Notes: generated from the sequence alone by a model not told the origin. Shown: positions 19,865-30,386, counted from the first letter of the stretch. The stretch: DNA of 46,788 nucleotides from Spirulina sp. (GCA_044070495.1 JBIPSI010000038.1:1-46788), one strand, 5' to 3'. A program made the numbers and translations.

Positions 19865-21124
19865 CTAGGGCTGAGCCTGGTGCGGAGCCTCTGGCCGCAG
19901 GAGGAAGGCCGCCACCACAATGCCGATCATGGCCAACAGCGCCATGGGATAGAAGGCATAGGTATAGCTGCCGAACCAGTCGCGAATTTGGCCCGCGCTG
20001 AGGGTGCCAATCAGTGCGCCCACGCCGTAGGCGGTGAAGACAATGCCGTAGTTTTGGGCATAGTGGTCGGGGTTGAACAGGCGCAGGGTAGTGGTGGGGG
20101 CAATGGCTAGCCAGCCGCCGAGGCAGAACCAAAATAGACAAAAGGCCACCAGATACAGCGCCACCTGCCCCGACTGGGCATTCACCATCAGCACGCAGGC
20201 CAGCAAAATTAAGCTGTAGGATCCAATCGCCACCTGGTGGGGGCGGAATCGGTCGCTGAGCCAGCCAAACAGGGGCCGACTAAGGCCATTGAACAGGGCG
20301 AACAGGGCGACGCTGCTGGCGGCTAAACCGGGGTTAATGTTGATAATTTCCTGACCCACGGGGCTGGAAATGCCGATGGCGGTAAGGCCGACCAGGGTGC
20401 CAATGGTGTAGCAAATCCACAGCCCGTAGAAGGATCGGCTTTTGAGCATCTGGGGCGGATAGGCGTGGTGGGTAGCCTCGGCGGCATGGGGAATGGTGCC
20501 TTCGTAGGGATGCCAGTCTTGGGGCGGCAGCTTTAGGGCCAGGGAAATAAGCAGGATGATCAGCCCAAAGGCCATCCCCATCAGGCGCAGGGTGGGGCGT
20601 ACCCCCAGGGTGGCAATCAGGGTGTTGGCTAGGGGGGCCGTAATCAACGGTGACAGCCCAAAGCCAATGATGGTTAGCCCCACTGCTAACCCCTTGCGGT
20701 CTGGGAACCAGCGGGCCACCACCGCCATGGGCACCCCGTAGGTGATGCCCACCCCAATGCCCACCACTACCCCATAGGCCAGGGTGAGGGTCTCGATTTG
20801 GGTGGTTAAACTGGCCAGCAGGTAGCCTAGGCCCACAATGGCACCGCCCACCGCCGCCACCGTGCGGGTGCCAAACCGAGCCATGTAAAACCCGGTGATC
20901 GGCATCATGATGGCGTTGCACACCAGCACCAGGGTAAAGGGCATCAGGCTGGCGGTGGCGCTAATCCCCATTTCTAGCTCCAGCGGGCGGCGAAAGACGC
21001 TCCAGGAGTAAACGGTGCCCAGGCAGAGGAGGACTGTAATACCGAGGGGGATGAGCAGCCAGCGGCCCTGGCGGGCGGGCAGACCAAATACCGTAGGCGA
21101 TGCGGCAGGGTAGGTAATGTCCAT
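19865..21124 (-). CDS. MFS transporter, oxalate/formate antiporter (OFA) family
   Basis: CLGTVYSWSVF, RWFPDRKGLAVG, FNGLSRPLFGWLSDR, NYGIVFTAYGVG; about 12 TM segments. Confidence 0.9.
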   Translation of the reverse strand: MDITYPAASPTVFGLPARQGRWLLIPLGITVLLCLGTVYSWSVFRRPLELEMGISATASLMPFTLVLVCNAIMMPITGFYMARFGTRTVAAVGGAIVGLGYLLASLTTQIETLTLAYGVVVGIGVGITYGVPMAVVARWFPDRKGLAVGLTIIGFGLSPLITAPLANTLIATLGVRPTLRLMGMAFGLIILLISLALKLPPQDWHPYEGTIPHAAEATHHAYPPQMLKSRSFYGLWICYTIGTLVGLTAIGISSPVGQEIININPGLAASSVALFALFNGLSRPLFGWLSDRFRPHQVAIGSYSLILLACVLMVNAQSGQVALYLVAFCLFWFCLGGWLAIAPTTTLRLFNPDHYAQNYGIVFTAYGVGALIGTLSAGQIRDWFGSYTYAFYPMALLAMIGIVVAAFLLRPEAPHQAQP

Positions 21125-21354
21125 GGGAAGCGGAATCGATGAACAATGAAGGGAGCAGACAGGCCACTCGAGAGCGATATCCTAGGTGGCCCCATCGACA
21201 GGATCAAAGGGTGAGGGGCTTAGAGTCCTGAGGGCCGACTTTATTGTGCCCAAACATCCCAGAATAAATACCTATGATGGCGTGAATGACCGGCGGCGGT
21301 GTGAGGAAACCGTGACGATTCAGCCGAGGGTTGGGAGGTTGTGGGCTGTGGGTT

Positions 21355-22326
21355 TTAGTCAGCTAGGAGGTGCATGTCGTGTTCTACCATTTCGGCAATG
21401 ATGTCGCTGAGGGGCTTGGTGGGCTGCCAGCCCAGGGTGTGACGAATTTTGCTGGCATCGCCACAGAGGGGTACCTCCTCCGCCGGGCGATAGAAGCGGG
21501 GGTCTACTTCCACATAGTCTCGGTAGTTCAGCCCTAGGTGGCTGAAGGCAATATCCACAAACTGCTCCACGGAGTGGTTCACGCCCGTGGCTAGCACGTA
21601 GTCGTCGGGGGTGTCATGTTGCAGCATTTGCCAGATGGCTTGGACGTATTCCGGCGCATAGCCCCAGTCCCTCAGGGCATCGAGGTTGCCCAGGTAGAGC
21701 TTATCGGCGAGGCCCCTTTTGATGCGAGCCGCCTGGGCGGTAATTTTGCGGGTAACAAACTTAAAGTCTCGGCGGGGCGATTCGTGGTTGTACAAAATGC
21801 CGGTGCAGGCAAAGAGGCCGTACTGGCTGCGGTAGTTGCGCACGAGGTGGTAGCTGGCTAGCTTGGAAATGCCGTAGATAGATCGGGGATTGAAGGGGGT
21901 GTTTTCGGTCTGGGGGGCGGTACCCACGGTGCCAAACATCTCGCTCGACCCGGCAAAGAAAAACCGACAGTGGGGTACTGCCTCCTTGAGGGAGGCCAGC
22001 AGGGCGTGGGTGCCGTTGAAATTGGTGGTGAGGATGGAGTTCTCATCCTCAAAGGAATAGCTGACAAAGCTGGAGGCGGCCAGGTGGTAGCATTCCTCCG
22101 GCTGCACCTTGGTAATCACCTTGTAGAGGGAAAGTTCATTGTCGAGGGCCGCCGCATGGAAGGTGATGTGATCCTTCACGGCATTCAGGTTCGACAACTT
22201 GCGGGAGGAATCCTCTAGGGCATCGCGCCGCACCAGCCCATGCACCTCATAGCCCTTGGCCAGCAGCAGTTCCGCCAAGTAAGAGCCATCCTGCCCAGAA
22301 ATGCCCGTAATCAGTGCCCGCTTCAT
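21355..22326 (-). CDS. gmd: GDP-mannose 4,6-dehydratase
   Basis: ALITGISGQDGSYLAELLL, SSEMFG, YGISK, NHESPRR..FVTRKIT, LGNLDALRDWG. Confidence 0.93.
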   Translation of the reverse strand: MKRALITGISGQDGSYLAELLLAKGYEVHGLVRRDALEDSSRKLSNLNAVKDHITFHAAALDNELSLYKVITKVQPEECYHLAASSFVSYSFEDENSILTTNFNGTHALLASLKEAVPHCRFFFAGSSEMFGTVGTAPQTENTPFNPRSIYGISKLASYHLVRNYRSQYGLFACTGILYNHESPRRDFKFVTRKITAQAARIKRGLADKLYLGNLDALRDWGYAPEYVQAIWQMLQHDTPDDYVLATGVNHSVEQFVDIAFSHLGLNYRDYVEVDPRFYRPAEEVPLCGDASKIRHTLGWQPTKPLSDIIAEMVEHDMHLLAD

Positions 22327-22491
22327 CCCTAACAACTCCTAGACTGGCGCGGCCTTAGCTTACCATTGCCAGCCCTGGTTATTGAGGGAGCCGGATGGAT
22401 GAGGCCAGATCGGGGACGGGCTTCCCCGCCCCCATCCCTCAAAATCCGGCCTATCATGGGTCTCCGGTGTCGTTTTTGGAAAGCCCAGACC

Positions 22492-24348
22492 ATGATGATT
22501 TGGCCTAGGAGGGGCAATCCCTTGCACAACCGTAGACTCGGCGGCGGACGGTGGTGGCTGGTGATGCTGCTAAGCGCCCTGCTGACCATCAGCCTAGGGT
22601 CGGCGGCAGCCCTAGCCCAGTTTCCTAACCCGCTGGGGGGATCGGCGGGAAATGGCCCACCGCTAGGAGTGCAGCGCATCGGCGTTCTAGAGGTGACCAC
22701 CGTTACCCTAGACGGCAATAGCTTGTTTGAAATCGCCTCTCCAGTGGTGTTTAACCGCAATGAGCCTGGAGATTTGGTGCCCGTGGAGGTGCGGGCGCGG
22801 CAGATTGAAACCCACCTCAACCAGACCGTGAGCCAAGCTTTGCAGTACCTCACCTTGAACCTAGAACCGGAGGTGCCGGAGACAGAAATCCGCGATCTGA
22901 TCCAGGTCAGTATCCAAGAAATGAATAAGCTGCCCGTGCTGTTTGCCACCGTGGGCAACCTGCCAGAGCCGAGGGGCCTGCTGACGGTGATAGACAGCGA
23001 TGCCCAGTACCACGGTACCACCAAGCTGGAATTGGCCGATGTCTGGCAAGCCAAGCTCCAAACCTCCCTGGAGGAAGGGTTGGTGAGCCGCCTCCCTGGG
23101 GCGCTACGACAACGGTTGCGGCGGACGGCATTGATTGTCCTGGCAGGATTACTACTAACCCTCTCCTTGACGGGCACCTGGCAGGTGTTGGGTTGGCGCA
23201 AACGATTCCTAGAGCAGCAAAAGGCAAACCAGGCCAGTGGTCTTGCTCCGCCAGTTCCCCAGGGCTCGGATCCATCCTCCTTTTCCGGAACGTGGCCCTA
23301 CCCGATTTCCCTCGATCAACGGCTGCAACTGGTGGCCTTTTTGCGGTGGCTGATGTTTTGGGGCATTGCCTTTGTGGTGGTCGCCACCCTGGCCAGCGTG
23401 CTCTACCAGTTTCCCCAAACCCGACGCTATGCCTCTGGGCTATTTTCCACCCCGGTGCTGCTGTTGATCACCTGGTTCGTGGCGGGGCTTGCGAATCGTC
23501 TGGCCAATATTGCCATTGATCGGATTGCCCACGCCTGGGAGAAAAACGAGTTGGGTAGCCTGGAAAATATCCAGCAAAAGGCGATGCGTATTTCCACCAT
23601 CACCCGTGCGGCCAAGGGCTTCAAAACAGCGGCGATCTACGCCCTGGCGCTGCTGTGGCTGTTGCAGGCGCTTCAGTTGGCCCCGGCCTCGCTGTTGGCG
23701 GTGGGGGCGGTGGCGGCCCTGGCGGTCTCCTTTGCGGCCCAGAACCTGGTGAAGGACTTGGTCAACGGATTTCTCATTTTGTTGGAGGATCAGTACGCCA
23801 TTGGCGATCTGGTTTCCACGGGGCCGGTGACCGGCATTGTGGAAAACCTCAACCTGAGAATTACCCAAATTCGTGGCGAAGATGGTCGCCTAGTGACCCT
23901 GCCCAACAGCCTGATTGCCCAGGTGGAAAACCTCAGTCGCACCTGGTCACGGGCCACCCTCACTATCGATGTGGCCTACGGCACCGATGTCGATCATGCC
24001 CTGACGGTGGTACGAGACACCGCTCAACAGATGGGTCAAGATCCCGTTTGGAGCTACGCCATCCTCGACCCCACCGAAATGCTAGGGGTAGAGGCCATGA
24101 CCCACGCCGGACTCACCCTGCTGCTGTGGATTCGTACCCGTCCGCTGAAGCAGTTTTTGGTAGCCCGTGAGTTTCGTCGCCGCCTACGTATTGCCTTTGA
24201 ACAGGAGGGTATTGCCATTGGCATTCCCCAACAACTATTCAGTGGTGCCCACCCCGCTGATCGCCTAGGGGACTCCCACAACGATTCCCCGGACGCGGAG
24301 TCCCTAGCCCCAACCCCAGATACCCCGATAGCGGAAATCCGCCCTTAA
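22492..24348 (+). CDS. mscS: MscS-family mechanosensitive channel with large periplasmic N-terminal domain
   Basis: SFAAQNLVKDLVNGFLILLEDQYAIGD, GIVENLNLRITQIR..DGRLVTLPNS; start uncertain. Confidence 0.9.
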   Translation: MMIWPRRGNPLHNRRLGGGRWWLVMLLSALLTISLGSAAALAQFPNPLGGSAGNGPPLGVQRIGVLEVTTVTLDGNSLFEIASPVVFNRNEPGDLVPVEVRARQIETHLNQTVSQALQYLTLNLEPEVPETEIRDLIQVSIQEMNKLPVLFATVGNLPEPRGLLTVIDSDAQYHGTTKLELADVWQAKLQTSLEEGLVSRLPGALRQRLRRTALIVLAGLLLTLSLTGTWQVLGWRKRFLEQQKANQASGLAPPVPQGSDPSSFSGTWPYPISLDQRLQLVAFLRWLMFWGIAFVVVATLASVLYQFPQTRRYASGLFSTPVLLLITWFVAGLANRLANIAIDRIAHAWEKNELGSLENIQQKAMRISTITRAAKGFKTAAIYALALLWLLQALQLAPASLLAVGAVAALAVSFAAQNLVKDLVNGFLILLEDQYAIGDLVSTGPVTGIVENLNLRITQIRGEDGRLVTLPNSLIAQVENLSRTWSRATLTIDVAYGTDVDHALTVVRDTAQQMGQDPVWSYAILDPTEMLGVEAMTHAGLTLLLWIRTRPLKQFLVAREFRRRLRIAFEQEGIAIGIPQQLFSGAHPADRLGDSHNDSPDAESLAPTPDTPIAEIRP

Positions 24349-24479
24349 ATCCGCTATGCCAGGGCAATTCACCAATGCCTGCATTCCTCCCGCCCGTCCT
24401 CTTGAACCGATGCCTGCACGCTGCTGTCCAATCCTCTTTAGAGGATTTTGGCCTTGGCTAGTCTAACGGCCCAGTGGGG

Positions 24480-25235
24480 CTAGATTTTTGCCTTGGTAAG
24501 GCTGCGCAGCCGTTGGGTATCAGCCCAGGCAAGACCCTTGAGAAAATAAATCAGGCTGGTGATGGCGGCCAGAATGAGATAGAAAAGGCGAATGCCCCAG
24601 CCAGCTCCGTCAAAAATCATCGAAAATACGCCGGGTTCGATGCTGCTAAAGCGGGTGAGTTCCGAGCGAAACCACTTTTGATCCTCGGTCATGCGCTGAA
24701 GTTCGGCCCCGGTGGCGGGCAGGAGGGGCATCCGGGTGGTGGTACGGTAGTAGCCCCAGAACCCGGTGCTGCCGCTTTCTCGCGCTAGGGCAATATTGGC
24801 GGTGTCGATGACCTGCTGACGGGGCAGATCGGACTGGGCCGCCACCTGATCCAGCCACAGTTGATACCGCAGCCAGTAGCTACTGAAAAAAATCAAAGGG
24901 AAAATCACCACCAAGGCCAGAATTTTCAGCATCAGTGGAGCTTTGGCCGGAAGGTGGCGCGTGGCTGCCCCCAGCCCAAAGCCTAACAGCGCAAATAGGA
25001 AAATGACGCTGAGTTCCACTAATTCCAGGCTTTTGAGCCATCCCCCGGCAATGGGGAGGGGATGTAGAAAAATCTCTGCCGCCCAGGTGATTGTCAACCG
25101 AGCCAGCAGCACCAAGGCCGTCACCACAATGATGGTGATGGCGTATCGGAGCGTCGGGGATTTGAACAATCGAGCCATGGGTCTAGTTGCAAGTGTTGCT
25201 AGATGATACCTAAACTTTGGCGATGCCGCCTCCAT
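24480..25235 (-). CDS. Hypothetical integral membrane protein
   Basis: Four hydrophobic segments; start may be the downstream MARLFK Met; 18 nt downstream of mtnA. Confidence 0.75.
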   Translation of the reverse strand: MEAASPKFRYHLATLATRPMARLFKSPTLRYAITIIVVTALVLLARLTITWAAEIFLHPLPIAGGWLKSLELVELSVIFLFALLGFGLGAATRHLPAKAPLMLKILALVVIFPLIFFSSYWLRYQLWLDQVAAQSDLPRQQVIDTANIALARESGSTGFWGYYRTTTRMPLLPATGAELQRMTEDQKWFRSELTRFSSIEPGVFSMIFDGAGWGIRLFYLILAAITSLIYFLKGLAWADTQRLRSLTKAKI

Positions 25236-25253
25236 AGCCCGCTAGGCAGATAG

Positions 25254-26306
25254 CTAGGCCCTGAGGTTCGTCAATTGGTTTGGGGAAACCGCTCCCTCCT
25301 CGGTGACAATGGCGGTGACCAAATTGGCCGGGGTGACATCCGAGGCTGGGTTGTAAAATTCGGCTCCATTGGGGGAGGTCAACCGATCACCCAGTTGGTA
25401 AATTTCGCTGGCGGGTCGTTGATCCACCGTCAGATCGGCCCCCGTGGGGCAGGTGGCATCCAGGGCCGAGCGGGGGGCTGCCACCAAGAAGGGAATCTGG
25501 TGGGCCTGGGCCAAAACCGCCAGGCTGTAGGTGCCAATTTTGCTGACCACATCCCCATTGGCGGCGATGCGGTCGGCCCCCACCAGCACCGCCTGGATCA
25601 ACCCTTTCTGCATACAGTGGGCAGCCATGCTGTCGGTAATCACGGTGACCGGAATGCCCTCCTGCACACATTCCCAGGCGGTGAGACGAGACCCTTGCAG
25701 GGTGGGGCGCGTTTCGGCGGCATAGACCCCGGCCAAACGGCCTTCTCGCCACGCCGAACGCACAATGCCCAGGGAGGTGCCATAGCCGGAGGTGGCCAGG
25801 GCTCCGTGGTTGCAGTGGGTGAGCACCGTCAGTTTTTCGGGGCTGGTGGGAAGCTGGGCCAACCCGTGGTCGCCAATCCGGTGGCAGATCGCGAAATCTT
25901 CGGCCTGCATGGCCTGGGCCTGGGCCAAAAGCTGCGCCTGCAAGGAGTCTATCGGGGCTTCGGGATGGCAGGCTAACCCCAGCATATAATCTACCGCCCA
26001 CTGAAGGCTGGCCTTGTGGGGACGGGTTTGCTGAAGCTGCTGACCCACCGTTTCTAAATGCCGCCGCAGCACCGCCGGATCCTCGGTGTTGATCTCGCGA
26101 GCCGCCAAATACAGCCCGTAGGCCGCTGCCATGCCCAGGGCCGATCCGCCCTGCACGATGCCGCTCGACAAGGCCCGCACCACATCCTCGCAGCGGTGGA
26201 TGGCCACGATGTTATAACGCTCTGGCAGTTGCCGTTGGTCAATCAGCACCAGATGGTCGGCCTGCCACCGCACCGGATAAACGTGGGTATCTTCAGAAAT
26301 CACCAT
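25254..26306 (-). CDS. mtnA: Methylthioribose-1-phosphate isomerase-like (eIF-2B family), divergent active site
   Basis: IDQRQLP, THCNHGALATSGYGT, ETRPTLQGSRLTAWE, VGADRIAANGD, KIGT, DVTP. Confidence 0.85.
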   Translation of the reverse strand: MVISEDTHVYPVRWQADHLVLIDQRQLPERYNIVAIHRCEDVVRALSSGIVQGGSALGMAAAYGLYLAAREINTEDPAVLRRHLETVGQQLQQTRPHKASLQWAVDYMLGLACHPEAPIDSLQAQLLAQAQAMQAEDFAICHRIGDHGLAQLPTSPEKLTVLTHCNHGALATSGYGTSLGIVRSAWREGRLAGVYAAETRPTLQGSRLTAWECVQEGIPVTVITDSMAAHCMQKGLIQAVLVGADRIAANGDVVSKIGTYSLAVLAQAHQIPFLVAAPRSALDATCPTGADLTVDQRPASEIYQLGDRLTSPNGAEFYNPASDVTPANLVTAIVTEEGAVSPNQLTNLRA

Positions 26307-26435
26307 GGGCAAAGGGCTAAGATTTTAGATAACTATACCGTCCATGGCAATGGCGAAACCCACGCAGGTCATCACGATCCAACGCCGTCCTAGGGATGAC
26401 ACTGCACCACCGGACGACTTTTGAAATTCGCAGCC

Positions 26436-27008
26436 TCACGGAGAGGGCGGATGCATCGGCGGGTGAGCAGCCAGCCAAGCCAACAACTCTGCCCCATCGG
26501 CCAAATCCAGCACCACATCCAACAATTCCTCCAACTGCGGCAGCGCCAACCCCCGAATGTGGGCCACCTGGGCCTCTGGCAATGGCCCCAAACGCCGCGC
26601 TAGCATTCGGATAGCCGCCGTCGCCTCGCCTTCCTCTCGGCCCTCTTCTCGGCCTTCTTCTCGGCCTTCTGCAAAGACCTCTTGATAGAAACGGGTTTGC
26701 CGAATATCGGCCATTGTCAAATCCAGCATGGCCAAAATCTCCTGCGTGGTGAACTGGGGAAATCTGTTGATTAGTATAGCTTCCAGGCTATCGAGGATGG
26801 ATTGGAAGGTGGGTTCCCCTTGTCCCTTCGCTTGCTCCAGAACTTGCTTGGCGGCGTTGGGCAGGGCATCATCTGGCAGCACAATCAATCGCAGCAGGGC
26901 GAGGGATAGCGGTAGATCGACGTTCTCCCGCAGTTCGTTGAGGTAGAGGCGTTGTACTTGGCTATTGAGCAGCGTGGCGTAGGGCACGTAGAGCTTATCC
27001 GTCTTCAT
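26436..27008 (-). pseudogene. Rpn/DUF2887-DUF4351 family gene with in-frame internal deletion of the nuclease core
   Basis: MKTDKLY start joined directly to VPYATLLNSQVQRLYL; C-terminal TRFYQEVFAEGREEGREEG and LARRLGPL..IRGL.L.QLEEL intact. Confidence 0.7.
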
Positions 27009-27132
27009 GCCAGCGTTCCTAGGGCCATCGTGGGCCTAACCCGTTGCCGTCTATGCTAGCGTCAAGATAGCCAGAACCAGTGCCATGCGCCGCGACCTTC
27101 AAGGATTTGGGATACGGATTTGGGATTAAGGA

Positions 27133-28872
27133 GTGGCCTCCATGGTTAAAGCATGGCGACAATACCCGATCCTGCTGGGCCTCACCCTGGGTATGGGGGT
27201 GGGGCTGTCGTTGGGGGCGGCGCTGTGGGTGCATCGGTGGGATAGCTTGCAGCAGCGGGCCGAGTTTCAGCAGCAGATCGAAAACCTGACCACCGCCCTC
27301 CAGCGCAGCCTCAACCGCTATACCGACGTGCTGACCTTTTTGCACGACGATTACCGCCTGGCCTCAGCACCCGTGTCGCGGCAGCGGTTTGCTGAGCTAA
27401 CGGCGCGATCCATCGCCACCTACCCCGGTATTCAAGCCCTGGAGTGGGCACCGCTGGTGCGAGACAGCGACCGCGCCGCCTTTGAGCAAAGGATTCAGGC
27501 AGAGGGCTATCCCGACTTTGAAATTACCGATCTGTCGCCTACGGGGCAGTTGCAGCGGGCGGGCCGACGGCCTGAGTATGTGCCCGTCACCTACGTGGTG
27601 CCCTTTCTCACCAACGAGGCCGCCCTGGGCTACGACCTCAACTCCGACCGCACCCGCGCCGAGGCCATTGCCCCCGCCCGATCCATCGGCAGAATCATGG
27701 CCACCGAGCGCATTCGCCTGGTGCAGGAACAGCGGGATCAGTTTGGCTTTTTGGTGGTGCTGCCCCTCTATACCGATGGCGAACCGCCGCCGGATCAGCC
27801 CTCGCGGGAAGCCACCTTTGAGGGTATTTTGCTGGGGGTTTTTCGGGTGGCCGATGTGGTGGAAGAAGCGCTCCAAGACCTCAGGGCCGACATTGACTTT
27901 GCCCTCTACGATCCGGCGGCGGCGGTGGATCGACAATTTTTGGGGCAATACCAGGCCGCCAGCGCCACGGTGCAGGCCGAGACCCCGCCTCCAGCCCAGG
28001 CCTCGCGCCTTTGCCCCCGCCCGGAGGACTGCACTCGCCTGCTCACCCTGGGCCAACGTCAGTGGCAGGTAGTCTTTGCGCCAGCGCCTAGCTACAACCT
28101 CAGCCGGGGCTATGGGGCACTGCTTACCCTAATCACCGGGCTGTTGCTGACCAGTAGCCTAGCGCTGTTTTTGCACAACCTCTACACCGAACTCAACCGT
28201 ACCCGTGCCCTGGGCGACATGAAGCTGCGGTTTTTCTCCATGGCCTCCCACGAGCTACGCACACCCCTCAGCACCATTTTGCTCTCGGCGGAGGCCCTGC
28301 GGGGGGAGGTCGCCGGGGAGGCCCAGCCCAAGGTGGATCGCATTTGGATCACCGCCCAACACATGACCCAGCAGATCGCCGACCTCCTCACCCTCACCCG
28401 ATCTGAGGCGGGCAAGCTGGAGTTCCATCCGGCCCTGCTGAATGGGGTGGCCCTCTGCCAGGAGATCATCGCCGAGGTGCAGCCCCAGGTGAGCCAGTCG
28501 ATGGCGTGGGTTGGCCCTACCCAGCCGTTGCCCGTCTTTTGGGATCGGCGGCTGGTGCGGTCGCTGCTCACCAATTTGCTGCTGAATGCCGCCAACTACT
28601 CCGAGGCCGACCAGCCGATCCAGGTACACCTGAGTCGCCATGGATCAACGGCTACCCTCACCGTCACCGACCGGGGCCGAGGCATTCCCGCCGCCGACCT
28701 AGCCTCCATTCGCGAGGCCTTTCAGCGGGGCAGCAATGTGGGGGATCGCCCCGGCAGCGGGTTGGGGTTGGCCATTGTCCACACCGTTGTTGCCCAGCAC
28801 CGGGGCCAGTGGCACATCGACAGCACCGAAGGCCAGGGCACCACCGTCACCGTGGAGTTGCCGCTGGAGTGA
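27133..28872 (+). CDS. CHASE-domain sensor histidine kinase
   Basis: PGIQALEWAP, NEAALGYDL, IRLVQE CHASE motifs; ASHELRTPL, NLLLNAANYS, GSGLGLAI. Confidence 0.93.
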   Translation: MASMVKAWRQYPILLGLTLGMGVGLSLGAALWVHRWDSLQQRAEFQQQIENLTTALQRSLNRYTDVLTFLHDDYRLASAPVSRQRFAELTARSIATYPGIQALEWAPLVRDSDRAAFEQRIQAEGYPDFEITDLSPTGQLQRAGRRPEYVPVTYVVPFLTNEAALGYDLNSDRTRAEAIAPARSIGRIMATERIRLVQEQRDQFGFLVVLPLYTDGEPPPDQPSREATFEGILLGVFRVADVVEEALQDLRADIDFALYDPAAAVDRQFLGQYQAASATVQAETPPPAQASRLCPRPEDCTRLLTLGQRQWQVVFAPAPSYNLSRGYGALLTLITGLLLTSSLALFLHNLYTELNRTRALGDMKLRFFSMASHELRTPLSTILLSAEALRGEVAGEAQPKVDRIWITAQHMTQQIADLLTLTRSEAGKLEFHPALLNGVALCQEIIAEVQPQVSQSMAWVGPTQPLPVFWDRRLVRSLLTNLLLNAANYSEADQPIQVHLSRHGSTATLTVTDRGRGIPAADLASIREAFQRGSNVGDRPGSGLGLAIVHTVVAQHRGQWHIDSTEGQGTTVTVELPLE

Positions 28873-28929
28873 GCTTTTTGGCCATCCGTTACCATCGGTA
28901 TACTGGGAAAACCATACCTGGGCACCTCC

Positions 28930-29544
28930 ATGGCTTCCTCCCTGCGCCTACCCCTGTCCTCGCCCCTCGCTCCGCCCCTCGACCAGCGGGTGGTTCACCA
29001 TGGGCGGTCGTGGGAGCAGTTTAAATGGATTCAGAAGGGCTTTGATCAGGCTCCCGGTGTGCGGCTGTTTTACTACGATGGAACCGTTGAGGTGCTGATG
29101 CCGGGGCGAGAGCATGAGCGATTTAGCTGGATCATTGGCCATCTCATCGGCCTATTTCTGGCCCAAAAGGGGGTTTTCTTTCAGCCCACTGGAGCCATGA
29201 CCCAGGAAAAGGAGCGGGAGGTGTCTGTCCAGGCCGATCAGTCCTTTTGCCTTGGCTCCGTTAAGGCCATTCCTGACCTATCCATCGAGGTGGTGGTGAC
29301 GAGCGGCGGGGTAGACAAGCTGGCCCGATACCAAGCCCTGGGCGTTCCCGAAGTGTGGTTTTGGCAGGATGGGGTACTCACGGTCTACCGCCTGCGAGGG
29401 CAGGGCTATGAGGTGGGTGATCACAGCGAGTTAGCGGGTTTGCGAGACCTCGATTTGACCCTGCTGAGCCGATGTGTTCTGATGGCTGACACCGACACCG
29501 GAGCCGCCATTCGCCAGTTTCAGCAGGCGATTGCCCTATCTTGA
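28930..29544 (+). CDS. Uma2/DUF820 family endonuclease-fold protein
   Basis: MPGREHE, QADQSFC, PDLSIEVVVTS, YQALGVPEVWFW. Confidence 0.92.
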   Translation: MASSLRLPLSSPLAPPLDQRVVHHGRSWEQFKWIQKGFDQAPGVRLFYYDGTVEVLMPGREHERFSWIIGHLIGLFLAQKGVFFQPTGAMTQEKEREVSVQADQSFCLGSVKAIPDLSIEVVVTSGGVDKLARYQALGVPEVWFWQDGVLTVYRLRGQGYEVGDHSELAGLRDLDLTLLSRCVLMADTDTGAAIRQFQQAIALS

Positions 29545-29832
29545 TACGCCCAGTCCATCCGTCCTACACCTTGGAATTGACCCAGAAAACCCTTCGCCAG
29601 AGGGATGTGGCGGTGTTCAACCTCGCGTAGGCTGGATGCTAAGAATATGCCGATTCTCGACCTATCCGAGGACTAAAAGGTTAAGATCTGGGGGTCTTGC
29701 GGTATTTAGCCCTGTCAAGGTCGTCGGGTCTCTTAATCGGGAACGCTGATGCTGGCTGAGCTAGGTTTCACTCAGAGAATCCGCATGAGAGAATCCGCAA
29801 TTCATGTTTTGTAGAATTTGGAGATTTGTCCT

Positions 29833-30327
29833 ATCGCTAAGCAACACAAAGCCTTAGTTAACCGCCATATCAAAGTGCCTGAGGTGCTGTTGATCACCCA
29901 AAACGGCGAAAATCTGGGCGTGATTGACACCCAAGAGGCACTCCGGCTCGCCAAAGAGAGCAAGCTCGATCTGGTGGTGGTTTCCCCCCGTGATGAGGGT
30001 GCCCCCGTGGCCAAAATCATGGACTACGGCAAGCTTCAGTATCAGCAGAGCAAGCGCCAGAAGCAAACCTCTCGCCCTTCGGTCAAAGAGGTAAAGTTCC
30101 GCCCCAACATTGGCGAATCCGACTATGTTCTGCGGATCAAGCGGGCGGCGGAGTGGCTGGATAAGGGCGATTCTGTGAAGTTTTTGGTGCGCCTACGGGG
30201 CCGCGAACACCAGCACCGGGATCGCGCCACCGACCTGCTAAATCGGGTGGTTGAGGATCTGAACAACGCCGGAAAGGTGCAATCCTTTGACCATCGCGCC
30301 CTCACCCTATTTCTGTCGCCCTCCTAG
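29833..30327 (+). CDS. infC: Translation initiation factor IF-3 (short form, probable ATC start)
   Basis: LDLVVVSP, PVAKIMDYGK, VKEVKFRPNI, GDSVK..VRLRGRE; no in-frame ATG/GTG at the N-terminus; GGAG 9 nt before ATC 29833. Confidence 0.9.
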   Translation: MAKQHKALVNRHIKVPEVLLITQNGENLGVIDTQEALRLAKESKLDLVVVSPRDEGAPVAKIMDYGKLQYQQSKRQKQTSRPSVKEVKFRPNIGESDYVLRIKRAAEWLDKGDSVKFLVRLRGREHQHRDRATDLLNRVVEDLNNAGKVQSFDHRALTLFLSPS

Positions 30328-30386
30328 GGCATGGGTAAAAAGTCAGCCGACTAGCACCCATAATTCACAAAAAAATAATTCATAAA

